Shown here: positions 36,641 to 49,107 of the stretch, piece by piece
Layout: the number at the start of each line of letters is the position of its first letter
How positions within the stretch are numbered: position 1 is the stretch's first letter
Origin: Chiloscyllium plagiosum
Lineage: Eukaryota
Assembly (NCBI RefSeq): GCF_004010195.1
Contig: NC_057749.1
Coordinates: 9,435,492-9,499,491 of the forward strand
Direction of reading: 5' to 3'
DNA length: 64,000 bases
Program-made: the position numbers and the translations under genes
Notes under the pieces: generated by a model
Databases searched by the model: none
Told to the model about the DNA's origin: nothing
What the model saw: only the letters and a program-made list of their open reading frames with translations

Positions 36641-38334
36641 GCTCAGAAGAAGGGTCATTCCTGCCCCGAAACTTTAACCATGATTTTTCTCTCTCCACAT
36701 ATGCCGTCAGACCTGCTGAGTTTCTCCAGATTTCTGTTTGGATTTCAGATTTCCAGCATCTGCAGTTCTTTTCTTTCCATACTCTCCCTTCAAGGGCACC
36801 ACATATCCTTCGTCAGTGGCATTTGAAGGAAAGTCTTGTATGTGACTCTGGTCAGACAGATCAGTTGTGTTCACTACATTGTGAACAAATGTGGCGGATG
36901 GAAGTTTGCCACAGGATTCAAGGCAATCCAGTGAGCAGCAGACAGTGCTGTGGTGTGGCTGCCCAATAAGTGCAGATATTATAAAGCTGTGAGATATCAT
37001 GTTGATAGAAGAGACAAGGTCTTCCAGTTAGGGTAGTGAAAACTGACCCTGTTGCATTCTTTCTCTCTCCACTGTTAAAACAGATGCAAAGCATTCATTT
37101 AAGATGTCATCTATTTCCTTGTTATCCTTTATAGTTTACATTGCAGTCAAGCTTGTATTAATCTTTAACATTGTTCTACTCCCTTTTACATTCTCAATGT
37201 ACTTATAAAAAACCTTTATTGTTAGGTTTGATATTCTTTGCAAGTATTTTCTCCTATCCTTGTAACCTTTTATAGCTTTTTTTTATTTCTTCCCCAGTCC
37301 TTTCAGATTTCCACATTCCCTTTTGTAAACCTTTTCTGTCAGCTTGCCTTATTTGCCAACCAGGTTTGTTTAACTACACAAGTGTGGCTTTTACAACTTG
37401 GGGATAAACCCTGGTGTTATATTGTAACCAAATGTTTCTATAAACACTTCCCAGTTGTTGCACTCATTAATGGTTGAGCCCCAGTTTCCTGCAGCTTTGT
37501 CACGTTGATTTTTAAAGCCTGCCTTACTTAAAATATTGGACTATGATTCTTCTTTTTCTCATACCTAATATTAAATTTAATGTCTTTATGATCACCATTC
37601 ACAAGGCATTCTAATACCATTCAATTTGTCAAAAATGCTTTATTAATGCACTTTCTATGACCACCAACTTTTCCAATGGGACTTGCACCAAGACCTTCTA
37701 GTGGCCCTAATTATTACACCCCAAGATGTTTATTGGAAAGTGTGAATTAGCAGTTCACTTTACATATTGTCTGCTTTGTTTCTTCATTGAAGAGAAATCC
37801 AGACATCGACTTCAATGTGTAAAACAAGCTATCACTCAAAGACCAATCTCACCCACTTTGTTTAGGAAAACTGACCTGAATACATTGCAAATAAATCTGT
37901 TTTACGACTTGAACTGTTCCAGTCAAATGAAAATTAAAACCACTCATTCTAACCACAATATTTTTGCAAGAGGTTTTCTTAATGTAACTATTTGTATATC
38001 ACACCATGCTGCTATATTGTTACTACCAGAAGGAGGTTTACAGACAACTCCTGGCAAGGAGTCTTGCATCCTTTGCTTTGCCCTAACTCAACCCACAGCA
38101 TTTCCACTGCCTGATCCACCTTCCTGGCACACTTTTTCTGTGCTTTTCATCAATATCACTGTTGGGTTTTCTTATTCAATTTCACCCTCTCTTTTGAGCT
38201 AATCACAACAACATTAGAACTATCATCAAAGGTTTTCTGGGATAAAGAGCAGTAGGAGAGGGACAAGGGTTTAGGATGCAGCCGCAATCTTGGTGAATGG
38301 CAGGCAAACAGGTTGAAAGGCCTCCTTTTGTTGC

Positions 38335-38440
38335 TGAAACAAAAGCAGCAATTGCTGGAGAAACACAACAGGTCTGACAGCATCTGAGGAGAGGGAAACA
38401 CAGTTAACGTTTCAAGTCCAGTGATTCTCCTTCAGAACTG
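38335..38440 (-). mobile_element. PLE terminus (family C), hammerhead partly decayed
   Basis: Minus strand: cagtt CTGAAGG agaatcactggactt GAAACGTT aactg. Confidence 0.65.
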
Positions 38441-38667
38441 TTCTCCTTTTGTTCCTGTGGCCCTGACTGTGGGAATCCTTTCCCCCAGCAATTATCGAAG
38501 GCTGGGTCTCTGAACTGAGTTGGATAGATCTTATATTGAGAAAGGCTTCTTGGGCGGGGCACAATGGAGTTTGGGCTAAATCAAACCAGCTGTGATCTTA
38601 GTGACTAATAGCACAGTCTCAGCGTTGTAGAAGTTTTCAGCACAGAAAAAGTCCTTTTGCCCCTTCG

Positions 38668-38965
38668 CGGCAGCACAGTGGCTCAGTGGTTAGCACTGCT
38701 CCCTTACAGGGTTCCAGGTTCGATTCCAGCCTTTGGCAGCTGTCTGTGTGGAGTTTGCACATTCTCCCCGTGTCTGTGTGGGTTTCCTCCAGATGCTCTG
38801 TTTCCTCCCAAAATCCAAAGATGTGCAGGTCAGGTGGACTGGCCAAAATAAATTGCCCGTAGTGTTCAGGGATTTACAAGTTGGGTGGATTGCAGGGTGG
38901 GATGCTCTTTGGAGAGGGGTCAGTGTGGACTCGATGGTCCGAATGGTCTATTTCCACACTGTAGA
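38668..38965 (+). mobile_element. HE1-like SINE
   Basis: Head ggcagcacagtggctcagtggttagcac, V-domain, tail. Confidence 0.85.
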
Positions 38966-39149
38966 GCCTAACTACTCTCATCCCATTGATGGGCCGAATG
39001 CTTTTCTCCTGCTCCTATGTTCAATATTTCTGCAATTGTTCGGCTGAGTATTTTTAACGCGCATTCTGAATTTCTTTTTGGATATTATGCATTCAAAAAC
39101 AGAACTTCCCCTTCCCTTTTTAGTGCCTATTTCCTCCGTGCACGTTTAA

Positions 39150-39820
39150 AAAATTGATGCAACATTACATGACATAGCGAACTGTAAAACCCTTTCTCTG
39201 ATTTCCACAACCCCCTCCCCCAATCGGCTTCAGGCGAGGGGTCCTATGTTCAGCTTGCAGATGTAAACGGGGCTTCCCTGTTTTTTTTTGTAAATTCTGC
39301 TCGCTCTTAATAAAAATACTCCCAGAGGAGTTGCTGCCTGGAATGTTTCCATTTGTTCGACACACACCCAAATGTTGGAAAAAGGACAGACTATGTGTGC
39401 ACACACACACACACACAGAAAGATAGATTTGAGTGGATGATGGCTGGGGCTGTGACCAGCCGGATTGTGCGACACACACAAAGGTTTGAAGAAAAAATGA
39501 GTTCGTGTGTAACGAGAGCCACAATTGGAGCAATTGTCCAGCCTGAACAATTGGCTATCGTGCAACTGAGACAAAAAATGGCCTTGCGTGCGAACGCGAT
39601 TGAGAGGACGTGAGATGCCAAGAATCGTATGGCAGGTAATGCAACTTGAACTATTCGCTCAGTCACGCAACAGTCCCAAGCAAACTGCACCGGAACACGC
39701 CTGCTTCTGTACACCCTTCCCTTGCCAAAGACATCAATCTCGAGAGGGCAATCACGTTCCCTCTTTTGTTTTATTCCAACTGCTGAAGCAAACAGCTTCG
39801 ATTTAACCTCGCCATCATTT
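39150..39820 (+). promoter_or_regulatory. CpG-retaining candidate alternative promoter or first exon ending ATG GCA G|gtaatg (donor at 39636)
   Basis: Non-repetitive and CpG-rich; CCAAT near 39220; GCGTG cores at 39586, 39664 and 39696; donor CAG|gtaatg. Confidence 0.4.
39400..39417. repeat. (CA)9 microsatellite
   Basis: Read directly from the sequence. Confidence 0.9.
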
Positions 39821-40213
39821 AATAGCCACTAATACATTAATTTTCTAATAATCTCCCCCCAGTCCCCCCAGTTTGGGGGATGAATCCACCACCTCTTGTC
39901 TGCAAGGGTCTGGAATGTACTGAGTCATGAGGATGGGTCACTGGTTACCCCCCACCCCAAAGGTTAACTCTGATTTCTCTCCACAGATGCTGCCAGACCT
40001 GCTGAGCTTTTCCAGCGATTTCTGTTTTTGTTTCTGAAATGTACTGCCCTTGAGTGTGCCATATTCAACCTCTGCACGCCTATACATACATACACACTGC
40101 AGAAAATATAATGTACACGGTTAGGGGGAGAAGACTGGGGAAGGATGTTATTATCGATGTTATTATCCAGGGAAGAGTTACAGAGTCATACAGCAAGGAA
40201 ACAAATCCTTCAG

Positions 40214-40438
40214 GAGAAAGTGAGGACTGCAGATGCTGGAAATCAGAGCTGAAAATGTGTTGCTGGAAAAGCGCAGCGGGTCAGGCAGCATCCAAGGAAC
40301 AGGAGAATTGACATTTTGGGCATAAGCCCTTCTTCAGGAACGATTCCTGAAGAAGGGTTTATGCCCGAAACGTCGATTCTCCTATTCCTTGGATGCTGCC
40401 TGACCTGCTGCGCTTTTCCAGCAACACATTTTCAGCTC
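40214..40438. mobile_element. Palindromic PLE-terminus insertion (family A) with 15-bp TSD inside a CR1 tail
   Basis: aaacaaatccttcag at 40199-40213 and 40439-40453; 95-bp arms 40246-40340 and 40344-40438 with a 3-nt spacer. Confidence 0.92.
40342..40380 (+). ncRNA. Minimal type I hammerhead motif, intact core (family A)
   Basis: gattc CTGAAGA a gggt-ttat-gccc GAAA CG TC gattc. Confidence 0.75.
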
Positions 40439-40502
40439 AAACAAATCCTTCAGTCCAACTCCTCCATGCTGAACAAGTTCCCCAAACTAAATTAGTCCTA
40501 TT

Positions 40503-40730
40503 TAGAGTCATAGAGATGTACACCAGAGAAACAGACCCTTCGGTCCAACTCGTCTGTGCCGACCAGATATCCCTAATCTCGTCCCATTTGCCAGCATTTG
40601 GCCCCATATCCCTCTAAACCCATCCTACTCATGTGCCCATTCAGATGCCTTTTAAACATTGTAATTGTACCAGCCTTCACTACTTCGTCAGGCAGCTTGT
40701 TCCATACACGTACCACCCTCTGCATGAAAC
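40503..40730 (-). mobile_element. CR1 3' tail
   Basis: Reverse complement of the CR1 3' end (agagtcatagagatgtaca...). Confidence 0.85.
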
Positions 40731-41014
40731 ATCATAGATGCCCTGCAGTGTGGCAGCAGGCCATTCACCCCATTGAGACCCTCTAAAGGGTATAAATTAC
40801 TAATATTCACTTTTAGATGCACATATCAATTAAACTGCAAGTGTTTCAGAAAAACAAAAAAAAGAACAAAGTCTAGTTGAGTACAGGAACAGGCCCTTTG
40901 TCCCACCAAGACTGCAGACACATGATAGCTTTTCTAAAGTTAAAAACCTTTTGCCTCTACAGGCTCTGTATCTGTTCCCTGCCTATTTATATATAGTATG
41001 CCTACAGGGCAGGC

Positions 41015-41675
41015 CATAGAATCCGTATGGTGTGAAAGCAAGCCATTCAGCCCATCAGGTTCACACCAACCCTCTGAAGAGCATCTCACCAAGACCTACC
41101 CCTCTACCCTATTCCTGTAACCATGCATTTCCCACAGCTAATCCACCTAACCTACACACCCATGCACACTATGGGCAATTTCCCATACCTAATTCACCTA
41201 ACCTGTACATCTTTGGACTGTGGGAGGAAACCAGAGCACCCGGAGGAAACCCACGCAGACACAGGGAGAACATGCAAACTCCACACAGACAGTTACCTGA
41301 GCTGGAATTGAACCCGGGTCTATGATGCTGTGAGGCAGCAGTGCTAACCACTGAGCCACTGCCTGCATATAGAGGACATTTAGCCCATCGAATTTGCAAT
41401 GATCCTTCGAAGAGCATCCCCCCCACCTTATCCATATAACCATGCATTCACCATGGCGAATCCACCTAGCCTGCACACTACAGAGCAATGTAGCATGGTC
41501 AAACCATATACTGACACATCTTTTGAACTGTGCGAGGAAACCAGAGCACCCAGCAGAAACCCACACAGACACAGGGTGAACATGCAAACTCCACACAGAT
41601 GGTTACCCCAAGGCTGGAATCCAACCCAGTTCCCTGGGACTGTGAGGTAGCCGTGCGAGCCACTGAGCCACCATG
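41015..41675 (-). mobile_element. Two tandem HE1-like SINEs (about 41015-41360 and 41380-41675)
   Basis: Two sets of reverse-complement V-domain and tRNA head. Confidence 0.8.
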
Positions 41676-41689
41676 CCAAGAAAAACCTC

Positions 41690-42150
41690 CCTCTTGACCC
41701 ATATCTCTCTGAACCTTTCTTATGCATGTACCTGTCCAAATTCCTTTCAAATATTATAAGTGTACCAGCATCCACCACTTTCTCTGGTAGTTCAGTCCAC
41801 ATATGAATCACTCTCTGTGTGAAAAAGTTTCCCCTCATGTCCCTTTTAAATCTTTCCCCTCTCACTTTAAAAATATGCCTTCTAGCTTTGAACTCCCTAT
41901 CCTAGTGAAAAGACCTTTCCTATTTACCTAAACTATGTCCCTCATGATTTTATAAACCTCTATATGGTCACCCCTCAGCCTCCTGCGCTTTTGTGAAAAA
42001 AAATCGCAGCCTATCCAGCCTCTCCTGATAATTCAAGCCCTCCCGTCCCGGTAAAATCCTTGTCAATGTTTTCTGCACCGTCTCCAATTTAATAATAACC
42101 TTGCTATAGCAGAGCCACCAGAATGGTACACAGTACTCCAAAAGTGCCTT
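41690..42150 (-). mobile_element. CR1 3' fragment
   Basis: RGERFKRDMRGNFFTQRVI.MWTELPEKVV; LLEYCV.FW. Confidence 0.85.
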
Positions 42151-42429
42151 TTGCTTAAAAGTGACATGCACGTCTGGAGAGTTTGTGTTGACATGATAGG
42201 CTGAATGGCCTCTTCTGGCACTGTTATAATTCAACAACCTTTAACATTCACACTGAAAGATTACACCTCTCTCATCATGTAAGGCCATCCAAAGCTGTAT
42301 TTTAATGACATATTCACACACTCCACTGTTACTTTGTTTCCCCAGACTTTACTTGTGATCTCCCCCTCTCTGTTCCTGCATTTGTTGATCTATAATATTT
42401 ACCATGCTGTGAGAGTACGTCTATGAATG

Positions 42430-43460
42430 GTCATGTCCTGAGAGTGAAAGGGACAATTTCAGAGTTTGCAAATGATTTGAAACTTGGAAGTGTTTGAGGA
42501 GGGCAGTGCAGAACTTTGAAAGAATGTGGGCAAGTTGGCGGAGTGGTCAGAAGGTGGCAGGTAGATATCAAGGGGGAGAATTGTGGGGTATTACATTTTA
42601 GTAGAAAGCACATAGAGAGACAACATAAAGGACACTTTGGTAAAGTCTGTGCAAGGGCAGAGAGACCGAGGTGTATACGTGCATAATAAGTCATTGAAGA
42701 TGGCAGAACAGATGGGCAGCAATGTTAATAAAGCACAGTATCATTGGGAAGAATCTTTATAGGGATCTGAGCAATGTGGGTAATGGTGAGAGGGGTGGCA
42801 GAATCAGACAGGGTGTTCAGCAAGACCTTTCTTGACGTTGGGAGCAACTCATGCTGTCTTTGATGCTCATCACTAGTCGCCTGATGAGATTCTCACTGTG
42901 CAGCAGTGAGTTATCAATTGAGGAAGATTATTGTTTGTTAAAAATCTTGTTGACAGCCCAATGTGCCTCATTAATATTCAGCTTTCTATTTTAGCAAACT
43001 TGCCTAGATATTGAGAAAATTCAACATGGAAACCAAAGCACATACCTGGTCACTCCGAATGACCTCCATGTGGACACCAAGCACCAATACCTCAAGTTAC
43101 ACACCATTCTACAAAATTGATAAAAGAGCGTTGATGGATGTGGTATACTGAAATTTTCAAAAGGCTTTTGATAAATTCCTCTACAGGAGGCTGGATTGGA
43201 AATATTAAAGCATTGTGGATAGCAGGTAACACATTGCATGAATTAATGATTGGCTAACTGACAGAAAACAGAAAGTAAGAACAAATAGGTAATTCTCACT
43301 GTATATTGTGACTAGTAGGATACCATGATATACAAAAATGATTTGGAGATGGGGACCAAACACAACATTTCCAAATTGGCAGACAATTCAAGTAGGAATT
43401 TGTATTGCGAGGAAGATGTACGATGGCTTCAGGAAGGTTTGGACAGGCTTTGTGAAACAT
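42430..43460 (+). mobile_element. Two old CR1 RT fragments (about 42430-42750 and 43100-43460)
   Basis: Degenerate FANDLKLG and FSKGFDK / SKLAD motifs; the intervening sequence is not assigned. Confidence 0.5.
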
Positions 43461-43919
43461 AACAGACTTCATTCTTACTGTTGAAATTCTTGAAACAATT
43501 ACAAATTGAAACTAAAGATTGCATCAAATACTCAGACATTCAGGCAGTATCTGTAGAGAAACCAAGTTAACATCAGTTAACAGATTATGCTTGGCCTGTT
43601 GGGCTTTTCCAACTTTTTTTGTTTTATTTCAGATTTCCAGAATCCACAGGATTTTGTTTTCTGAATAGTCCTTAAGACAATTACCCATTGTTTAATGAGG
43701 TGTTTTACTGATATTTTATTTCATATGCTCTGAGAAGCTAATTTTATATTTGTGTAATACCAAATTTCTTCAAAGTGATAATTCCTTTTTTTCTGAAATG
43801 CATTTGTTGGAAAAGTTTGTATTTTAGTTTAGCTTCTATCTAATCCAAATGTTACCCAAGTGTTTGCTATCTGCAAATTTAAATTAATAGTTAAGGATAT
43901 TAAACAGTGTCCCCTCGGT

Positions 43920-44221
43920 GGGCGGCATGGTGGCTCAGTGGTTAGCACTGCTGCCTCACAGCACCAGGGTCCCAGGTTCGATTTCAACCTCAGGCAACTG
44001 TCTGTGTGGAGTTTACGTGGGTTTCCTCTGGGTGCTCTGGTTTCCTCCCACAATCCAAAAGATATGCAGGTCGGGTGAATTGGCCATGCTAAATTGCTCA
44101 TAGTGTTGAGTGCATTAGTCAAAGGGAAATGGGTCTGGGTGGGTTACTGTTTGGAGGGTTGGTGTGGACTGGTTGGGTCGAAGGGCCTGTGTCCACGCTG
44201 TAGGGAATCTAATCTAATCTA
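43920..44221 (+). mobile_element. HE1 V-SINE (internal deletion)
   Basis: Head, partial V-domain, (aatct)3 tail. Confidence 0.88.
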
Positions 44222-44341
44222 AAGTTGCTGATGTACTAGAAATCGCTGAGATGTTGCTGTTTTTGCTGTATACAGGTAGTCCTCTTGTGTGGCAGTGAAA
44301 GCACTTGGTAAGATGTGTATAACTAGAACGAAGTTAGAGGA

Positions 44342-44875
44342 TGTAGTGATTGGAACAAAGTTGGCCAGGTGGATCTTGTTGAGTGTGAGGTCCCTGATTG
44401 AGGCTGTTAACTTGGGCTAATCAGGGAGCCCTCGCTGACAGATATAAACTGGAGTCTCCATGTTAGCATTGCCCTTATCAGGCTTTGATTGTTGCTGTTT
44501 CATTAGCCACATGGATGTTTTCCTGGTGGTGGTGAATATAGAATAAAATTCATGCACAATTGAGTCTTTTTAATGAGTCGTTACACACTCAGCCATGGGT
44601 GGTGTGGGCCAAGAAGAAGTGCTAATGCTGGGGCTCTTTTGGGTGCAGTGGTAGTGTGGGAAATAAAAAATGATAAACAGGTGATTCAGAGGTAATCCTT
44701 CTGACTGCTTGCAGATCCGCAACATTTTTGGTTATTAGGAGCTTAACTTTCCCTGAGGCAGAGTCTCCTCATCTAGGGACTGGCTCTGAGTAAACTACTC
44801 AGAGTCCATGTACAGTGCACCTGTAAATAAAGGGTGACTTGGTGACTGGATACTGGCCTCTGTGCAGTCATTTCA
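44342..44875 (+). mobile_element. LTR-like element (TG...CA)
   Basis: Starts tgtagtgattgg; internal hairpin tccctgatt/aatcaggga, TATA-like gatataaa near 44441, aataaa near 44826, ends tttca; no clean TSD. Confidence 0.45.
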
Positions 44876-45381
44876 GCAGGGATGTTAGCATTAAGTGCCT
44901 TTAACTTCCTAGGTTGTTGTGTGTAAGAATGGCTCCTTGACATCTGCTGCTGCTACATCCCAAGTCATCCCCTTGACTTGGTGCTAGCTTTAACATGCAA
45001 GAAAAGAGAAAACCTTATAGTTGTCATTGCTAGATTGTTGGGCAGCTTTCTTTGAGGTCAGTGGTGAATGCTCTGCTTTGCTATTGGATCACAAAATCAA
45101 CACCAATTTATCCTGATATGAATTGGTGTCAAATTTGTCTGATTACACTCAGTGAAGCACTTTGGAAACATTTTATAGCCCTCCTGGCTCTGCATAGTTG
45201 AAAGTATTTGTCGAGTTCTATAACTTCATTGTTGCTGTAGTCCAGTTTCCATTAGGGAAGGACGGTAAAATTGCGGGATCTCTGCACAGACCGGTATCTT
45301 CTCTGCCTCTGGAGGAGAGTGGTTTGATACTTTGTGAGGATTCTTCTTGGATTAATACCATCAAATTCTAATTAAATTGTC

Positions 45382-45790
45382 GGCTGTGGCACAGCGGCTA
45401 GCATTCTCATCACTGAATTACATCGTTCCGGGTTCAAGTCCGAGTTCAGGTCTTAACCAGAAAATGCAAGGTTAACACTCCTATGTGGCGCTGTGGAGTG
45501 TTGCACCTGTCAGAGGTGCCAAATTTCTGATAAAGATGAGTCTCTGTCAGTCTTCTGAGGTGGGCGTAAAAATTCCGTGGCATTTTTTGTAAGAAGATCA
45601 CGTGGTTATTGCCAGTGTATTGTTGGCATTATTTATTATTTCTTTTATCAACTTTGCAAAAACTACTCAGCTGACAATTATCATATTGTTATTTGTGGAA
45701 CCCACTGTGTCCAAATTGACTACTACACCATGTGCAATTCAAAAGTATTTCATTGGCTATAAAGCTCTTGGAGTTCAGCAATTGTGAAAA
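45382..45790 (+). mobile_element. Deu-domain SINE (SacSINE1/AmnSINE-like), near full-length, old
   Basis: tRNA-like head (tggcacagcgg, ggttcaagtcc) and Deu-like core tttgtggaacc..ctgtgtccaaattg...ttcaaaagtatttcattggct; other pieces near 53170-53265, 53560-53730 and 60290-60510. Confidence 0.6.
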
Positions 45791-45844
45791 GAAGTCGGCA
45801 TAAAGTTATGAGTTTCTGGCAGTAACCCTTGACTCACAGGGCCA

Positions 45845-46255
45845 CTTTAGAAGAATGAGGGGGGATCTCATAGAAACATTGAAAATTCTGTTGGGACTGG
45901 ACAGGCTAGATGTGGGAAGAATGTTTCTGATGTTGACGAAGTCCAGCATTAGGGGTTCACAGTCTAAGACTAAGGAGTAAGCCATTCAGAACTGAGATGA
46001 GGAAGGATTTCTTCACTCAGAAGCTGAACCTCGGGAATTCTCTCCCACAGAAGACTGTTGGGGCCAATTCATTAGATAGATTCAAGAGGGAGCTAGATGT
46101 GGCCTTTGCTGCTAAAGGGATCAAGGGGGGGGGAGGTGGAGAGAAAGCGGGAGTGGGATACTGAGATTACATGGTCAACCATGATCACATTGATCATGGT
46201 GCAGGCTTGAAGGGCCAAATGGCCTACTCATGCACCTATTGTCTATGTTTCTGTG
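45845..46255 (+). mobile_element. CR1 3' fragment
   Basis: FRRMRGDLIET.KIL and 3' UTR. Confidence 0.8.
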
Positions 46256-46899
46256 TTTTCTAAACACTTCAAAGTGGTGAAGCTTGCATCTATGCTCACA
46301 TTTACAATTTAATGACAGTAATGATGCTTGCATTTCCCTTTCTGCATTCACAAATCAAACATTCTCCTGATCCTGAATGAATGTTACTAACTGGGATTAA
46401 CTGTATCCCTGGACATGTTCCTATGCTTCAGGCATTATTTTGCCAACATATCCAACTTTGTGACATACTTCCTTTCTAGGCCAATTGGAAAGCAAATAGG
46501 CTCACTGCCCAGCTGGATGAGGCTTGACTGGCAGCCAATCAACCCTTCTTTCCAATTTTCAGTATTTTTAGACATGGTAAAGAGAAATGGTCAAAACAAA
46601 TTACATCTTTTTAAAAATGTCCGTATAATTCTTTTCTCACATACAAAAATGCCCTGAAGACTGATCTTTAATTCCTGGACAGTCCAGGCCAGTTCGGGGT
46701 ATTGGGAACCCTCTCTGAAATTAAGGTAATTGCAAAAAGAGAGCAGAGGAAAACATGGGGAGTATCCTTGCCATGAAACAAATGGTTAAGTGTCTGTCTG
46801 AATGAATCTGCTTCCTCCTCACTCTATAATGCACAGCTAATACTTTGTATGTGTTTCGGGGGGGTGGAAGAAATCAGGGAATGGGAATGTATTCACAAA

Positions 46900-48530
46900 G
46901 GAAGATACAAATAAAATACCAGATTGTTGGGGAATACAGGGTTTGAAACTGAAATAAATCAGTATTACCAGGGAAATGGTGTTAGGAAAACTAATGGGGT
47001 CAAAGGAGCTAAATCTCTGGGCCTGATAATCTAAATTCCAGAGTACTTAAGGAAATGGCCCTAGAAATAGATGCATTGTTGATCATTTCCCAAGATCTAG
47101 TAGTCCCAGGAACAGGTGCTATAGATTAAGGGATAACTAATGTCACTATTTAAAAAGAGAGGCAAGGAGAAAGCCAGGAATTATAGACTAGTCAGCATGA
47201 TGTCAGAATCTGGAAAATGCTTGAGTGTTATAAAATAATTAATAGCTTTGAACTTGGAAAACAGTGGCAGGATTGGATAGAATCAATAAGGATTTGCAAA
47301 AGGAAAATCATGATTGACAAATCTATTGAAATTCTTTGAGATTGTAACTTGTCGGGTTGATGAGGACCTAGTGGATGTGGTTTATTTGGACTTGCAGAAA
47401 GCTTTTGATAAGGTCCCACATGAGGGATTAATGTGTTAAATTAAAGCACATGGGATTGGAGATAGTGTACTCATATGGATAGAAACTTGGCTGGAAACAA
47501 AGAGTTAGAATAAATGGGTCTTTTCTCGAATGGCAGCTTGTGACTAGTAGGTACGAGGGATCAGTGTTAGAACTCCAGCCATTCACAATTTCATATTAAT
47601 GATTTGGAGGAAGTAGCTAAATACAATTTCTCCACATTTATAAATGAACAAAACTGGCTGGGAGGCTGACCTGTGAAGTGGGTGCAGAGAGGCTTCAGTG
47701 TGATTTGGACACGCTTAATGAGTGGGCAAATGCATGGCGGATGGAATATGTTGTGGATAAATGTGCGGTTATCCACTTTGGTACCAAAAGCATGTTATTA
47801 TCTGATTGGCTACAAATTGAGAGAGAGGAATGTGCAAAAATAACCCGTGTTTCCCTGAACATCAGTTGCTGATGGTAAGCATGCAGCTGCAGCAGGCAGT
47901 GAAGAAGGCAAATGGGATGTTGGCCTTCATAGCGAGAGAATTCAAGTTCAGGAGCAGGGATGACTTGCTGCAGTTGTACAGGGCCTTGGTGAGACCACAC
48001 CGGGAATGTTGTGTGCAGTTTTGGTCTCCTTATCTGAGGAAGGATGTTCTTGCTCTTGAGGGAGTGCAGTGAAGGTTGACCAGATTGATTCCTGGGGTGT
48101 CAGGAGTGACGTATGAAGAGAGACGGAGTTGGTTAGGCTTATATTCACTGGAGTTCAGAAGAATGAGGAGGAAACTCTCATAGAAACCTATAAAATTCTA
48201 GAATGAGTCAGGTTAAGTGCAGGAAGGATGCCCATTATGATGGGGGAGCCCAGAATCAGGGATCACAATCTTCGGATGTGCAATATACCATTTATGACTG
48301 AGATAAGAAGTTCCATCACCCAGATGGTGGTGACCCTATGGAACTCGCTACCACAGCAAGTTGTTGAGGCAAAAACATGATGATTTAAAGAAGAAGTTGG
48401 ATGTAGCATTTGTAGCTAATGGGAAAAAAGGATATGGATTGGCCAGTCTATTGAACATGATCATAAAGGATGGGAGAATAGACATGAAGGGCTGATTGGC
48501 CTATTGCTCCTATTTTCTACACTTCTATGA
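46900..48530 (+). mobile_element. CR1 LINE, degraded, about 1.6 kb
   Basis: NYRLVS, KAFDKVPH, KKANGMLAFIAR and LYRALVRPH motifs, plus the 3' UTR. Confidence 0.88.
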
Positions 48531-49107
48531 AAGGGCAGGGGTGTGGTACTGGTTGGATTGCTCTTCCAGCAAGGCACAGCAGACACCTTAGGCCAAATGG
48601 TCTCCTTCAGCTGTCCAATGTCAGCTGTCTCTCGATTTGAGGTTGATGTCCGCTCGGAATCATGGGTTTCTTTGTGTGACTGAGCAAGCCAATCCTGTAC
48701 TCACAGAAGATAGTATGTGAAGCGCTGGATTTAAAAAAACAAATTCACTTCCTCTAAATATTCTGTGATTCCAGTGAATGCTTCCTGCATGTCAAAGGTG
48801 GTGGTTCCATTGATTGATGGTCTCGGATTAATGTTTAATCAAAAGGGAAACTCCAACGGTATTTTCAGAAACTCTTATCTGATTCCAGGCATCAGCCATA
48901 TTTCCCTAATGATGAAAAGGAGAAATGGTAAAAATAATGAAAAAATCCAGGGGAAGATGGAAAAACAATTTCTTGCTGGTGGATGCCAACAACTATTATG
49001 TAATTGATGTTCATGGGGGAGGGGCAAGGGTAGAAAATGTTTAAGGATTTGGTGGTGTAGCAGTGATATCACTGAACTAATAATACGAGGCTGAAGCTAA
49101 TACTGTG

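Noticed and set aside
42860..42925. CTGATGA followed by a stem-loop (ctcactg-tgcag-cagtgag), hammerhead-like
   Set aside because: No GAAA box after the stem and no NUH site or helix I.
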